Virus record (IMG/VR): IMGVR_UViG_3300023178_000006
Length of the DNA: 64,000 nt
From: a virus
Taxonomy: Duplodnaviria; Caudoviricetes
Reading direction: 5' to 3' (one strand)
Shown here: positions 26,092 to 34,629 of the stretch, piece after piece
How positions within the stretch are numbered: the first letter of the stretch is position 1
Layout: every line of letters begins with the position of its first letter
Made by a program: the position numbers and the translations under genes
Notes under the pieces: model-generated
Seen by the model: the letters and a program-made list of their open reading frames with translations, nothing else
Databases searched by the model: none
Told to the model about the DNA's origin: nothing

Positions 26092-26625
26092 ATGACTATT
26101 GAAGGAAATAAGGTACCTAACGTTACCTTTAAAGTTAGGGAACTCAATAAGGAAACTGCAGAATACGAATGGACTCACCCAAATACCGATTGGTACTTTG
26201 CTGGTAAGCGAGTAATTGTATTCTCACTACCTGGTGCATTCACACCAACTTGCTCAACTTTCCAAGTGCCTGGATTTGAAGCTCGTTATGATGATTTCGT
26301 AAAAGAAGGAATTGATGATATATATTGTATGTCTTGTAATGATTCTTTTGTTATGAATGCTTGGGCAAAAGACCAAGGAGTGAAAAAAGTAAAATTCATT
26401 CCAGATGGTTCATGTGAATTTACCGCAGGTATGGATATGTTAGTTGCGAAAGACAATGTAGGATTCGGTAAAAGGTCTTGGAGATATGCTATGATTGTAA
26501 ATGATGGTGTAGTTGAAAAGGTTTTTGAAGAGCCTGGCAAATCTGATGATTGTGCAGATGACCCTTATGGAGAAACTTCGCCTGGAAATATTCTTGCATT
26601 TTTACAAGGTACTCTAGAAAATTAA
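26092..26625 (+). CDS. Peroxiredoxin (Prx5-like)
   Basis: LPGAFTPTCS peroxidatic motif, S.ND.FVM.AW and RSWRYAM. Confidence 0.9.
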   Translation: MTIEGNKVPNVTFKVRELNKETAEYEWTHPNTDWYFAGKRVIVFSLPGAFTPTCSTFQVPGFEARYDDFVKEGIDDIYCMSCNDSFVMNAWAKDQGVKKVKFIPDGSCEFTAGMDMLVAKDNVGFGKRSWRYAMIVNDGVVEKVFEEPGKSDDCADDPYGETSPGNILAFLQGTLEN

Positions 26626-26650
26626 AAACTTCGTGACATCGAGGTTTTTG

Positions 26651-26676
26651 AGGGGACAAGGACGTCCCCTTTTTTT
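26651..26676 (+). terminator. Intrinsic terminator between convergent transcription units
   Basis: AGGGGAC...GTCCCCT stem followed by a T-run. Confidence 0.75.
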
Positions 26677-28522
26677 ATCCTACTAAACCAGGGATTGCTA
26701 TGCCGAATCCTGACTTATCACCACTACCATAACCAACTGCATAAGAAGTTACAGATGACATGTTCTGAGCACTTGATGACGCGATATTATAAACAATAGG
26801 TGCACCAGAATTATTTACATACGAGAATCCATTATTACCACCACTCATACCAAACATATTAGACAGGTCTATCATTTCAGGAGTCATTGTATCTTGGTAT
26901 TGTTTATCAATTAATTCTTGTTGTCTTTGTGCTTCTGCTACTCTCTTATTATAATCTTCTAATGATTCATTACGTCTCTGTAATATATTTGAAGATGTAT
27001 CAACTTGGCGTTGAAGAAGGTCTCTATCTTCTTCGGCTTCTGCAATCATTCTTTCTAAACGTCTCTTAGTAACTGACCTACCATTTACTGTATAAGTTCC
27101 AGTAGCATTAGGTTCTGCGTCTAGAATTGCTTGTAAACTATTGACTTCTTCTATAGAAGTGTTAAGTGCTTCTGTGTTATCATCGACGAATTTTTTCGCT
27201 GCATCTCTAACGGCGGTTAGTGCAGCAAGTTGTTCTTCAACACTTCCACCTATAGCATCTTGTTCTGCTCTTAGTGCATCTTCAACTGAGTTAGGTAATT
27301 CGTCAATACCTTCACCAGAATCTTCGAACCATCTCTTAACTCCTAATAACGCTGAAGTACCAAATCCCCATGCAGCACCTGATATAGCACCTGCTAATGC
27401 GCCGGGTCCAGCACCAACTCCCATTCCCAATGCACCGACTGCGGCACCTGTACCAGCACCAACTCCAGCACTAATTACTGTATCAGTTACTAAATCACTA
27501 ATACCCGTATCACGTGCTTCAATTGCTGCTAATAAATCTGCTTCTGCGGTATTTGCTGCCTCTAACTCTTGTTCATCTATTAAACCAATCACAGTTGCTG
27601 CAGTTATCCCCGCACCTACCATTCCTGGCTTTTTACTTCTTAATAAGGAGTTTTTAGTTCTATTCCACCAAGAATTTGCAGCTCTGTCACCGGCAGCTGT
27701 TCTTAGTGCAGTTTCTCTAGCACCACCTGTTAATAATTGTCCTGTTCTATTACTTCTTGGATTACCGTCATCATCTATTGTAAAGTTTCTTGGAGGAGTT
27801 CTAGGAGGTGGTTGATTTCTACCTCCGCCTGCACCTGCAGTTCCTGGATTAACTACGGGTGGAGTTCCACCTCGTCCAAGTAGACTTTTAAGTCCTAATA
27901 TACCTAAAGCTGCTGAACCTACCCCAGCGAGAATTTTTCCTAAAACTACAAGTGATGCTATTGTTGCGAATCCTGCAGCAACTTTATCCCATTCAACTTT
28001 TCCTAAGAAATCTACGAGTTTTCGAAAGCCATCTGCTATTGTTGGTATCTCTACACCAAACTGTTCTTCAATCATACCAGCGATGAATTCATAAGCGAAT
28101 GCACCACCAACTAATAAATTACCCCACCTTTTGAAGAAACCAGCGATACCACCAAAAATGCTTTTCATCGATTTAATTAAGGAGTTATTATTTCTGTCTG
28201 CTTTCTTTTGTGCTTTTAAATCAGCAATAGATTTACGCTTCGCAGTCTCTTGGTCTCTCTTAGCGTTTTCAGCTTCAACTTCATAATACTTCTGACGTTC
28301 TTCATCAGACAATGCTCGAAGTTTTGCTTCTTGTTCAGCTAGTGAAGCGGCCGCCGCAGACGATTGACTAATTCCCTTAAATGCCTGAGACATCTCATTG
28401 AATACGCCATTAAATTTCGCAAGTTCAACCTTGACTTCTTTAATAGAGTCAGGTCCTTTGGAGCGAAGTGCTTCACCCTCTTCTTTTAACTGATTGACAA
28501 TAGCTTCTGTTTCTGGTGACAT
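26675..28522 (-). CDS. Tape-measure / baseplate hub-like protein (gp29-like position and size)
   Basis: 615 aa; coiled-coil, Gly/Ala-rich and hydrophobic segments; follows gp26/gp51. Confidence 0.45.
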   Translation of the reverse strand: MSPETEAIVNQLKEEGEALRSKGPDSIKEVKVELAKFNGVFNEMSQAFKGISQSSAAAASLAEQEAKLRALSDEERQKYYEVEAENAKRDQETAKRKSIADLKAQKKADRNNNSLIKSMKSIFGGIAGFFKRWGNLLVGGAFAYEFIAGMIEEQFGVEIPTIADGFRKLVDFLGKVEWDKVAAGFATIASLVVLGKILAGVGSAALGILGLKSLLGRGGTPPVVNPGTAGAGGGRNQPPPRTPPRNFTIDDDGNPRSNRTGQLLTGGARETALRTAAGDRAANSWWNRTKNSLLRSKKPGMVGAGITAATVIGLIDEQELEAANTAEADLLAAIEARDTGISDLVTDTVISAGVGAGTGAAVGALGMGVGAGPGALAGAISGAAWGFGTSALLGVKRWFEDSGEGIDELPNSVEDALRAEQDAIGGSVEEQLAALTAVRDAAKKFVDDNTEALNTSIEEVNSLQAILDAEPNATGTYTVNGRSVTKRRLERMIAEAEEDRDLLQRQVDTSSNILQRRNESLEDYNKRVAEAQRQQELIDKQYQDTMTPEMIDLSNMFGMSGGNNGFSYVNNSGAPIVYNIASSSAQNMSSVTSYAVGYGSGDKSGFGIAIPGLVG

Positions 28523-28684
28523 TTATCGTGCCTTTGCTTTCTCGTTTTCTTGTTCTATCCAATTAATTAACATTTGGAAATATAAATCCCTTTCATAAGG
28601 AATCAATCTTTCTATTTCATCTATACTGTATTTATGGTGCTGGGCCAAACTGAAGACAATTTGATAATAGTCTTCAAGCCTCAA
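28523..28684 (-). CDS. gp51: Baseplate hub assembly chaperone C-terminal domain (gp51-like); no ATG, candidate -1 frameshift extension of gp26
   Basis: Reads LRLEDYYQIVFSLAQHHKYSIDEIERLIPYERDLYFQMLINWIEQENEKAKAR*; not in the ORF track. Confidence 0.75.
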   Translation of the reverse strand: MRLEDYYQIVFSLAQHHKYSIDEIERLIPYERDLYFQMLINWIEQENEKAKAR

Positions 28685-28695
28685 ATGGACCAGCG

Positions 28696-29397
28696 CTAGG
28701 TAAAAAAAGCGCGCATCCCCTCAATTACAAATGTTTTTTCGTCTCCGTTCTTATTTGTATAAGGTAATTCGTGCCTCAATTTTGGAGAAGTCTCAAAGAA
28801 TTTTTGTATGTCTTTAACTACTTCACCACTCAAATCGTCCATAAATGCGTCAATTTGTTCTTGGTCGTACTCTTTAAAATAATGTACTTCATCTTCTGAA
28901 GCTACAAAATCTAAACATGTACATAATGATAAGTAATCCGTTAACGGGTCATCTTCTTCAATAGTAGAAATCTTAATGAATTCGTCTATTGTTGGATACT
29001 TTAAGAAGAGTGTATACTCGTCATTAATTTTAATTTCTTTACTATGCTCTTCGTTTTTCGTTATCGATACATTGTCAATATCAAGCGTCAATGTAATTTG
29101 TTCTTCAGTATCTGAATCTTTAATATTAAACTCAACAATATTGTTTACAGACCTTGCACGTAATACTAATAGAACGTACTCAAGGTCAAATACTGCAAGT
29201 TCAGATACATCAACATCAATTAAACAATTATTAATAACTTGTTTTGCCGCGAGCATTTCTTGCATTGGGTCTTCTGAAGCTTGACCAATCAAAAGAATTT
29301 TTTCTTCTTTTACAGTGAAAGGTCGGTACTTCACTTTTTCACCTGATGAAGGAAGCGTAAGCTCCAAAATCGGCAAATCAATTTTTGGCAGTGCCAT
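28696..29397 (-). CDS. gp26: Baseplate hub subunit / assembly protein gp26-like
   Basis: MALPKID.P..EL.LPS.G..VKYRPFTVKEEKILL and D.EY..L.LRARSV. Confidence 0.85.
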   Translation of the reverse strand: MALPKIDLPILELTLPSSGEKVKYRPFTVKEEKILLIGQASEDPMQEMLAAKQVINNCLIDVDVSELAVFDLEYVLLVLRARSVNNIVEFNIKDSDTEEQITLTLDIDNVSITKNEEHSKEIKINDEYTLFLKYPTIDEFIKISTIEEDDPLTDYLSLCTCLDFVASEDEVHYFKEYDQEQIDAFMDDLSGEVVKDIQKFFETSPKLRHELPYTNKNGDEKTFVIEGMRAFFT

Positions 29398-29422
29398 AAT
29401 ATATTTCTCCTATAATATAAAT

Positions 29423-30205
29423 TTAATCGCCAGTCAATCTATCCCAAGAATTTCTTACTCTTGTTAATCGATTAACCGCATCTTGTATAGATGTAGGTCT
29501 TCCGGCGTCTTTTGTCTGTTTTAAAACATCAACCACTCCAGCTAAATTAGATAGAGTTTCTAAGAATCCACCATTGGTTCTTCTTGATGGTTTACCAGTT
29601 TTATCACCACTATACCATATTCTGTCGTATGCAAAAGTTACTGGCATCGTTAAGAATGAATTTTGACTATCCCAGTCTAATGCTAAATCTCCAATGCTAT
29701 ATGGATAAACATTTTCTAAAACAACTTCATAATACTTATCGTCATTACTAAAACTTTCAGTGGAATAATGTCTTATTGTAATACGACATGCATAGTCGTC
29801 TTTATATCCCATTTCAAAAGGCATTTGGCCTTGAGTTGCAAATTCTCCGTCGATTGCAGAAAAAGAACCTTCTTTTGTACTAAAGTTTAAAACTCTTTGA
29901 ATCCAGTTATGAAAAAACTGTAAAACTTGGTGGTCTGAGTCAACCATAAAATTTGCAGTAATAGGTGAGCTTGACATCTCTAATGGGAATTGAGTTGTAA
30001 GTTGAGCGACCGCAGTAAACTGTCCGTTCTCAATATTAATGCCTGGGAAGTTTACACTACTACAAAACAATCTAATATCTCGTTCTGTTAAACCAGAACC
30101 TGTTTCAACTGGAAATTGGTCAATACGTACTTCAAATAACGAAGTACGAGCTAGTCCGCCATATTTGTCTAATGTTGTTTTAAAGTCACTAATTTTAAAT
30201 GGCAT
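29423..30205 (-). CDS. Baseplate tail-tube initiator (gp54/gp19-like fold)
   Basis: GLAR..LFEV, FC.SVNFPG, FF.NW and VTFAY. Confidence 0.65.
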   Translation of the reverse strand: MPFKISDFKTTLDKYGGLARTSLFEVRIDQFPVETGSGLTERDIRLFCSSVNFPGINIENGQFTAVAQLTTQFPLEMSSSPITANFMVDSDHQVLQFFHNWIQRVLNFSTKEGSFSAIDGEFATQGQMPFEMGYKDDYACRITIRHYSTESFSNDDKYYEVVLENVYPYSIGDLALDWDSQNSFLTMPVTFAYDRIWYSGDKTGKPSRRTNGGFLETLSNLAGVVDVLKQTKDAGRPTSIQDAVNRLTRVRNSWDRLTGD

Positions 30206-30209
30206 TTAA

Positions 30210-30908
30210 TTATCCTTTTAGTATTGCTTTACGTGAGTCTGCATATACTTTCTGTTTAGATGCACCTTGGAACATTGCTGTTGGTAAGAACAATGCAATA
30301 TCCCACTCAGACGGATTAATGTAAATAAATCTTGACCTAATTTGTTTATTTAAATAATGCTTTATTGCTGGTTTAAAGAACCTATATTTAGAAGCACTAT
30401 TTAATAATTCGTAATTAGCAATAACTCTTGTTGTTTCGTCGTATTTTTTATTATTGACGATTCCATACAAAGCATCCATTAGTTGACCTCTCATCACTGG
30501 AGGTAAGTAATGGAAGTTAATTCCTAAAAATCCACCTTTAGCTTTATTTATTGGGAATATCAAAGGGAACCTATCATAATATGGAAGCGTATCTTTATGT
30601 TTAGCATCGTATTCAAAGGTATACATACTTCCCATCATCATACGACTTTGTGCAACGGCACGTATTCTTTCTTGACCTGCTGATTGAATGAATGTTTCAC
30701 CGGTGATACCGGTTGCAGCTGAACCTGCACGTGTTACTTTCATTGCAGCATTTCTATACCATTCACGTGCGGCCTTCGAACGTGCGGGTACCTCACCCGC
30801 GCGGATGCCTTTTGCTAAAATATCAGTAAATACTTGTGCACCTCGTGCTGTACCACTTGGTTGCTTTTCTGCTTCACTTAATACTTGTTCAAATGATTTT
30901 GCTGCCAA
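30210..30908 (-). CDS. gp2: DNA end protector protein
   Basis: LPYYDRFPLI, GFLGINFHYLPP..R and KHYL. Confidence 0.88.
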   Translation of the reverse strand: MAAKSFEQVLSEAEKQPSGTARGAQVFTDILAKGIRAGEVPARSKAAREWYRNAAMKVTRAGSAATGITGETFIQSAGQERIRAVAQSRMMMGSMYTFEYDAKHKDTLPYYDRFPLIFPINKAKGGFLGINFHYLPPVMRGQLMDALYGIVNNKKYDETTRVIANYELLNSASKYRFFKPAIKHYLNKQIRSRFIYINPSEWDIALFLPTAMFQGASKQKVYADSRKAILKG

Positions 30909-30909
30909 C

Positions 30910-31368
30910 TTATCTGACTCCTAATTCTTTTTCGGTCATGATTACAAATTCCCACCCTCGGTCAGCACAATATTGTCTTGCTGCTTTCCATTTAGCACTA
31001 TTGATACCATAATTCTTAACTTCATTAAGATATCTTCTCGATACTCTTCCAGATGGTGTGTTATTTTTCTTAGAAGGGTCTGGAGGTAACGTTTGCTTAT
31101 ATGGTTTAATTTCTATCATAATAGTCTGTATTTTACCTTCTGGACTCTTCTTATGCACTATTACATCAGGAAAGTATCTGTGTACTCTACTATCTATAGG
31201 ACTCCTATAAGGAACTATCACTTCTTCGCTTTGCCACCATATAACATCAGGATGTTCATCAACAAATCTGAAGAATTTAAATTCCCAAAGTGACCTATAA
31301 ATTATCTTCGTCGGGTCTCCTTTGTATTTAGCTGGATTCTTTGGACGAAAACGACCCTTGTATGCCAT
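30910..31368 (-). CDS. gp4: Head completion nuclease
   Basis: MAYKGRFRPKNP.KYKGDPT.IIYRSLWE, HRYFPD, EIKP and KW.AA; start reassigned to 31368. Confidence 0.9.
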   Translation of the reverse strand: MAYKGRFRPKNPAKYKGDPTKIIYRSLWEFKFFRFVDEHPDVIWWQSEEVIVPYRSPIDSRVHRYFPDVIVHKKSPEGKIQTIMIEIKPYKQTLPPDPSKKNNTPSGRVSRRYLNEVKNYGINSAKWKAARQYCADRGWEFVIMTEKELGVR

Positions 31369-31389
31369 AATATTCTCTTCACTACTCCA

Positions 31390-31425
31390 TATAAATAATT
31401 GAAAGATATCCACAGTTATTTATTA
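31390..31425. promoter_or_regulatory. Opposed late promoters between gp4 and gp48
   Basis: TATAAATA on + at 31390-31397; TAATAAATA variant on - at 31425-31417. Confidence 0.55.
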
Positions 31426-31465
31426 AAACTGTATGGAAAACAATTTTACTTAAAAAGAGACTCTT

Positions 31466-32548
31466 ATGGCCAGACCCGAACAGCTTAGGTATATTAGAAG
31501 CAATGACTCTCGTGTAACGACTTATTCGTTTCCTTCTAAACCTTTACCTCATAGTTTTCAAATGATTTTTCATGATTATGATTTTAGTAAGTTTGCTGCA
31601 TCTACAACAATCGAAAGAGCTGATGAAGATGTTCCTGTATTCAGCGCAAATCAGCGTTTAGGATTAATACCTGAAAGAAATCCAGTACAAGAAAATTCTA
31701 CATCTTCAGTAGAGTTACCATTCCCAAGAAGTTTAAGAGATGCAACTGGTACTCAGGTTACTGCATTTGAAAGAGATTTCTTAACTGAAAAATTCGCATC
31801 AGTAATAGCAGGTGCTTCAAACACAGGGAATCTAGATGCAATTGGTAAACTCGCAGAAGAGGCATTAGGTGTTGCAAAGGATGCAGGTAAAGCGGCAATG
31901 GGTAATAATGAAGCACGTCAGAAACTTATTGAGGGAATTCAAGGATTAGAAGGAAATTCATCTGATGCTATGACTGCAGGTACTTACCTTGCAAAAAAAT
32001 ATCTTTCTGGAGATTTAGCGAAAACAGTAGGACAAGTTGCAGGACAAATTGTTAACCCACAAGCTACACTAGCATTCGAAGGTGTTAACTTAAGAGAATT
32101 TAGTTTTGAATGGGATTTATTTCCATCAAACGCAGCAGATACAGAACAGATAACAAACATTGTAAACTTCTTAAAATCTAAGATGTTACCAACAACATCA
32201 GAAGTTTTAGAGTTAGAGAGTTTGAGTAAAGCGATTCTAAAATATCCGTCAATTGTTGAACCTAGTTTATTAGGTGTACAAGAAAGACACTTCCCAAGAT
32301 TTAAGAGATGTATGATTGATAATGTTACAGTTGATTATACAGGTGGTGGTGCCAAGGTTGGTATTATTAAAGGTGGTGTACCTGCATCGGTAACTTTATC
32401 AATATCATTTAGAGAACTTACAATTCAAACTGCAGAAGATTACGCTACATTATTACCACAACCCGAAGCAGTGGGTTCGCCAGATACCGGTGAATCCGCA
32501 GAACAAAACCCACTTCGAGGAGCGGGTGGGCCTATAGCCGGCCTATAG
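31466..32548 (+). CDS. gp48: Baseplate tail-tube cap
   Basis: NP...LAFEGVNLREFSFEW.L.P, LKYP, C.I.NVTVDYT and L.F.E. Confidence 0.8.
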   Translation: MARPEQLRYIRSNDSRVTTYSFPSKPLPHSFQMIFHDYDFSKFAASTTIERADEDVPVFSANQRLGLIPERNPVQENSTSSVELPFPRSLRDATGTQVTAFERDFLTEKFASVIAGASNTGNLDAIGKLAEEALGVAKDAGKAAMGNNEARQKLIEGIQGLEGNSSDAMTAGTYLAKKYLSGDLAKTVGQVAGQIVNPQATLAFEGVNLREFSFEWDLFPSNAADTEQITNIVNFLKSKMLPTTSEVLELESLSKAILKYPSIVEPSLLGVQERHFPRFKRCMIDNVTVDYTGGGAKVGIIKGGVPASVTLSISFRELTIQTAEDYATLLPQPEAVGSPDTGESAEQNPLRGAGGPIAGL

Positions 32549-32564
32549 CCTAACGGAGAAATAA

Positions 32565-32939
32565 ATGAAATATTTTGAAAATTTTCCAGTAATAGAATAT
32601 CAAGGTCGTAGAGTTAGAGACATTACTCGACGTACTGCATTTAAAAGAGCTATTGCAAATAATCCATATCTCTATTATCCTTATACAGTAAAAGAAGGTG
32701 AACGCGCAGAAGACGTTGCAAGATTCTATTATGGTTCAGTAGATTATGTTTGGTTGGTGTATCTATCAAATAATATTATTGACCCATATCACGAATGGCC
32801 TATGGACCCACAAACATTTAATAATTATCTTGTCGAAAAATATTCAGAACAATCTGGTGAGGTTGGTGAAGATGTTATTGACTGGACAAGAGACCCAGAT
32901 AACGACGAAAATATTTTATATTACGTAAGGAAAGTATAA
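32565..32939 (+). CDS. gp53: Baseplate wedge gp53, N-terminal part (LysM-like)
   Basis: YFENFP, Y.VKEGERAE.VA..YYG...Y.W and NNIIDPY.EWP. Confidence 0.82.
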   Translation: MKYFENFPVIEYQGRRVRDITRRTAFKRAIANNPYLYYPYTVKEGERAEDVARFYYGSVDYVWLVYLSNNIIDPYHEWPMDPQTFNNYLVEKYSEQSGEVGEDVIDWTRDPDNDENILYYVRKV

Positions 32940-33196
32940 TGGCAGTTGATGAAATTATTTTAGCACCCGAATCATTTAGAACGATTTATCTTCGTAGAGA
33001 AGACCGTGTTATTATGCGTACAGAACAAGGTCGTAAGATTATTATTAAACGTATTATCCCTGAAGAATGGGTTCCTTATCGTATCTTTGATTTCGAAACT
33101 ACAATAAATGAAAACAAAAAAGAGATTTACTTATTTGATAACAAGTATCTAGGCCAAATTACAAGAGAATTTAGACAAAACTTGAGTACTGAATAA
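32939..33196 (+). CDS. Probable gp53 C-terminal part as a separate ORF
   Basis: FDFET.INENKKEI.L....YL.QI..EF resembles gp53 C-termini; TAATG coupling. Confidence 0.55.
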   Translation: MAVDEIILAPESFRTIYLRREDRVIMRTEQGRKIIIKRIIPEEWVPYRIFDFETTINENKKEIYLFDNKYLGQITREFRQNLSTE

Positions 33197-33198
33197 TT

Positions 33199-34629
33199 AT
33201 GACAGTAACGGCGTCCAATTTTAATCCTTCAAATTGTGAGATAACCAAAGCAACTGTTACACCTTATGGTCAAGAAGCTGCTGTTGGTATTGATATCTCA
33301 GCTACCATTTATGCATGGCACGTTGAACATGGTATATCTACTGTGTCATTGTCTGGTAGTATTAGTGTTTTAGATAATGAAGGATTTTTAGAAGAATTGC
33401 CGTTAAGAGGAGAAGAAACTCTTGAACTAGAATTTAAAGGTGAAGACCTGAACGTAACAAGAAGAATTACAGCTCAAGTTCATAAGATTGATAATGTAAA
33501 TTCTAGTCTTTCAAACAAAGGTGTAACATACACATTACACTGGGTAAGTAAACCAAGCTGGGATGGATTTACAAGAAGTCTTATTAAATCTTATAAACAG
33601 AAAAAAGTATCGTCTATTGTAAAAGATATTTTCGACAAATATATTTTAAAAACAAAAGAATATACTACTGCGCGACAAGGCGAAACATTTCCAGAGAATA
33701 CTGAAAAGTATGATTTATCAGGTGCTGACAACGTAGGTAGGAAACTCTATATTCAAACAACTGATGGTAACATAGATGTTATTATACCAGATTATATGCC
33801 AACAGAAGCGATATCGTTTGTGTTAAAAAGAGCGCACAATAACACCACAACCACTTCTTCTTCATATCGTTTTTTTGAAAGATGGGATGGATTCTATTGT
33901 GTTAGTGATGAATGGTTATATGAACACTTTGCCAAACTTTCAAATAAACGTACTAGAAAAATGAATTTCTCAGCTGATGTTGATATGGATGCAACAAGCG
34001 CAGAAGAACAAATTAAAGCATTAACTAGTTTTACAAATAATACTAGAGCAAACCCCGCAAAAGAATTAGTTAATGGTGCTTATAAAAATACGATTGTAGA
34101 AATAGATTTATTGAAACATCACGCAAGAAGATACAACTACACATATAACGAAGGAAAGAATAAATTTACAGATGTAACTGGTAATAAGAGTAGTTGGGAA
34201 TCAGATATTCATACTAAAAAGTATGCTGATGATACATTTACAAACGAGAACGCAAAACAATTTATGATTATAAGAGATTACAGAGATTTTGATGATGGAA
34301 AAAGTTTTACGGGCGAAAGACATTTTAGAGATGTTGTTGCAAGAAGAATTATGTACTTAAATCATATGCACTCAACATCTGTATCTGCATCAACAGACGG
34401 AAGACTCGATATTAATGCGGGTGACGTAATTAATGTTGATGTTATGGAATTAAACCAGAGTTCAAATCAAAGTGAGAAGAACCCACAATTAAGTGGAAAT
34501 TATTTAGTGACCCATGTAATTAATTCGTGTGAAAAAGATATGCTGAAAACTGAATTAACCTTATTTAAGTATGGTTGGTCTGGTGCAGGCTCAGATTCAC
34601 GAAGTGGAAGAATGGGCGGGATGGCATAA
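33199..34629 (+). CDS. Baseplate hub protein (gp27-like)
   Basis: Located between gp53 and gp5; YRFFER..GF and G.V.NV....LSG.YLVTHV motifs. Confidence 0.55.
   Translation: MTVTASNFNPSNCEITKATVTPYGQEAAVGIDISATIYAWHVEHGISTVSLSGSISVLDNEGFLEELPLRGEETLELEFKGEDLNVTRRITAQVHKIDNVNSSLSNKGVTYTLHWVSKPSWDGFTRSLIKSYKQKKVSSIVKDIFDKYILKTKEYTTARQGETFPENTEKYDLSGADNVGRKLYIQTTDGNIDVIIPDYMPTEAISFVLKRAHNNTTTTSSSYRFFERWDGFYCVSDEWLYEHFAKLSNKRTRKMNFSADVDMDATSAEEQIKALTSFTNNTRANPAKELVNGAYKNTIVEIDLLKHHARRYNYTYNEGKNKFTDVTGNKSSWESDIHTKKYADDTFTNENAKQFMIIRDYRDFDDGKSFTGERHFRDVVARRIMYLNHMHSTSVSASTDGRLDINAGDVINVDVMELNQSSNQSEKNPQLSGNYLVTHVINSCEKDMLKTELTLFKYGWSGAGSDSRSGRMGGMA

Noticed and set aside
27141-27815. 224-aa + strand ORF rich in Ala/Ser/Pro
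   Set aside because: Antisense shadow of the Gly/Ala-rich tape-measure-like gene; no RBS or domain motifs.
32530-32550. Direct repeat GCCTATAGCC x2 at the gp48 stop
   Set aside because: A 10-bp micro-duplication with no supporting context.
13222-34575. Track starts at 13222, 25280, 31413 and 34575
   Set aside because: Downstream ATGs (13252, 25337, 31368, 34629) fit RBS, gene coupling or the conserved N-terminus better.
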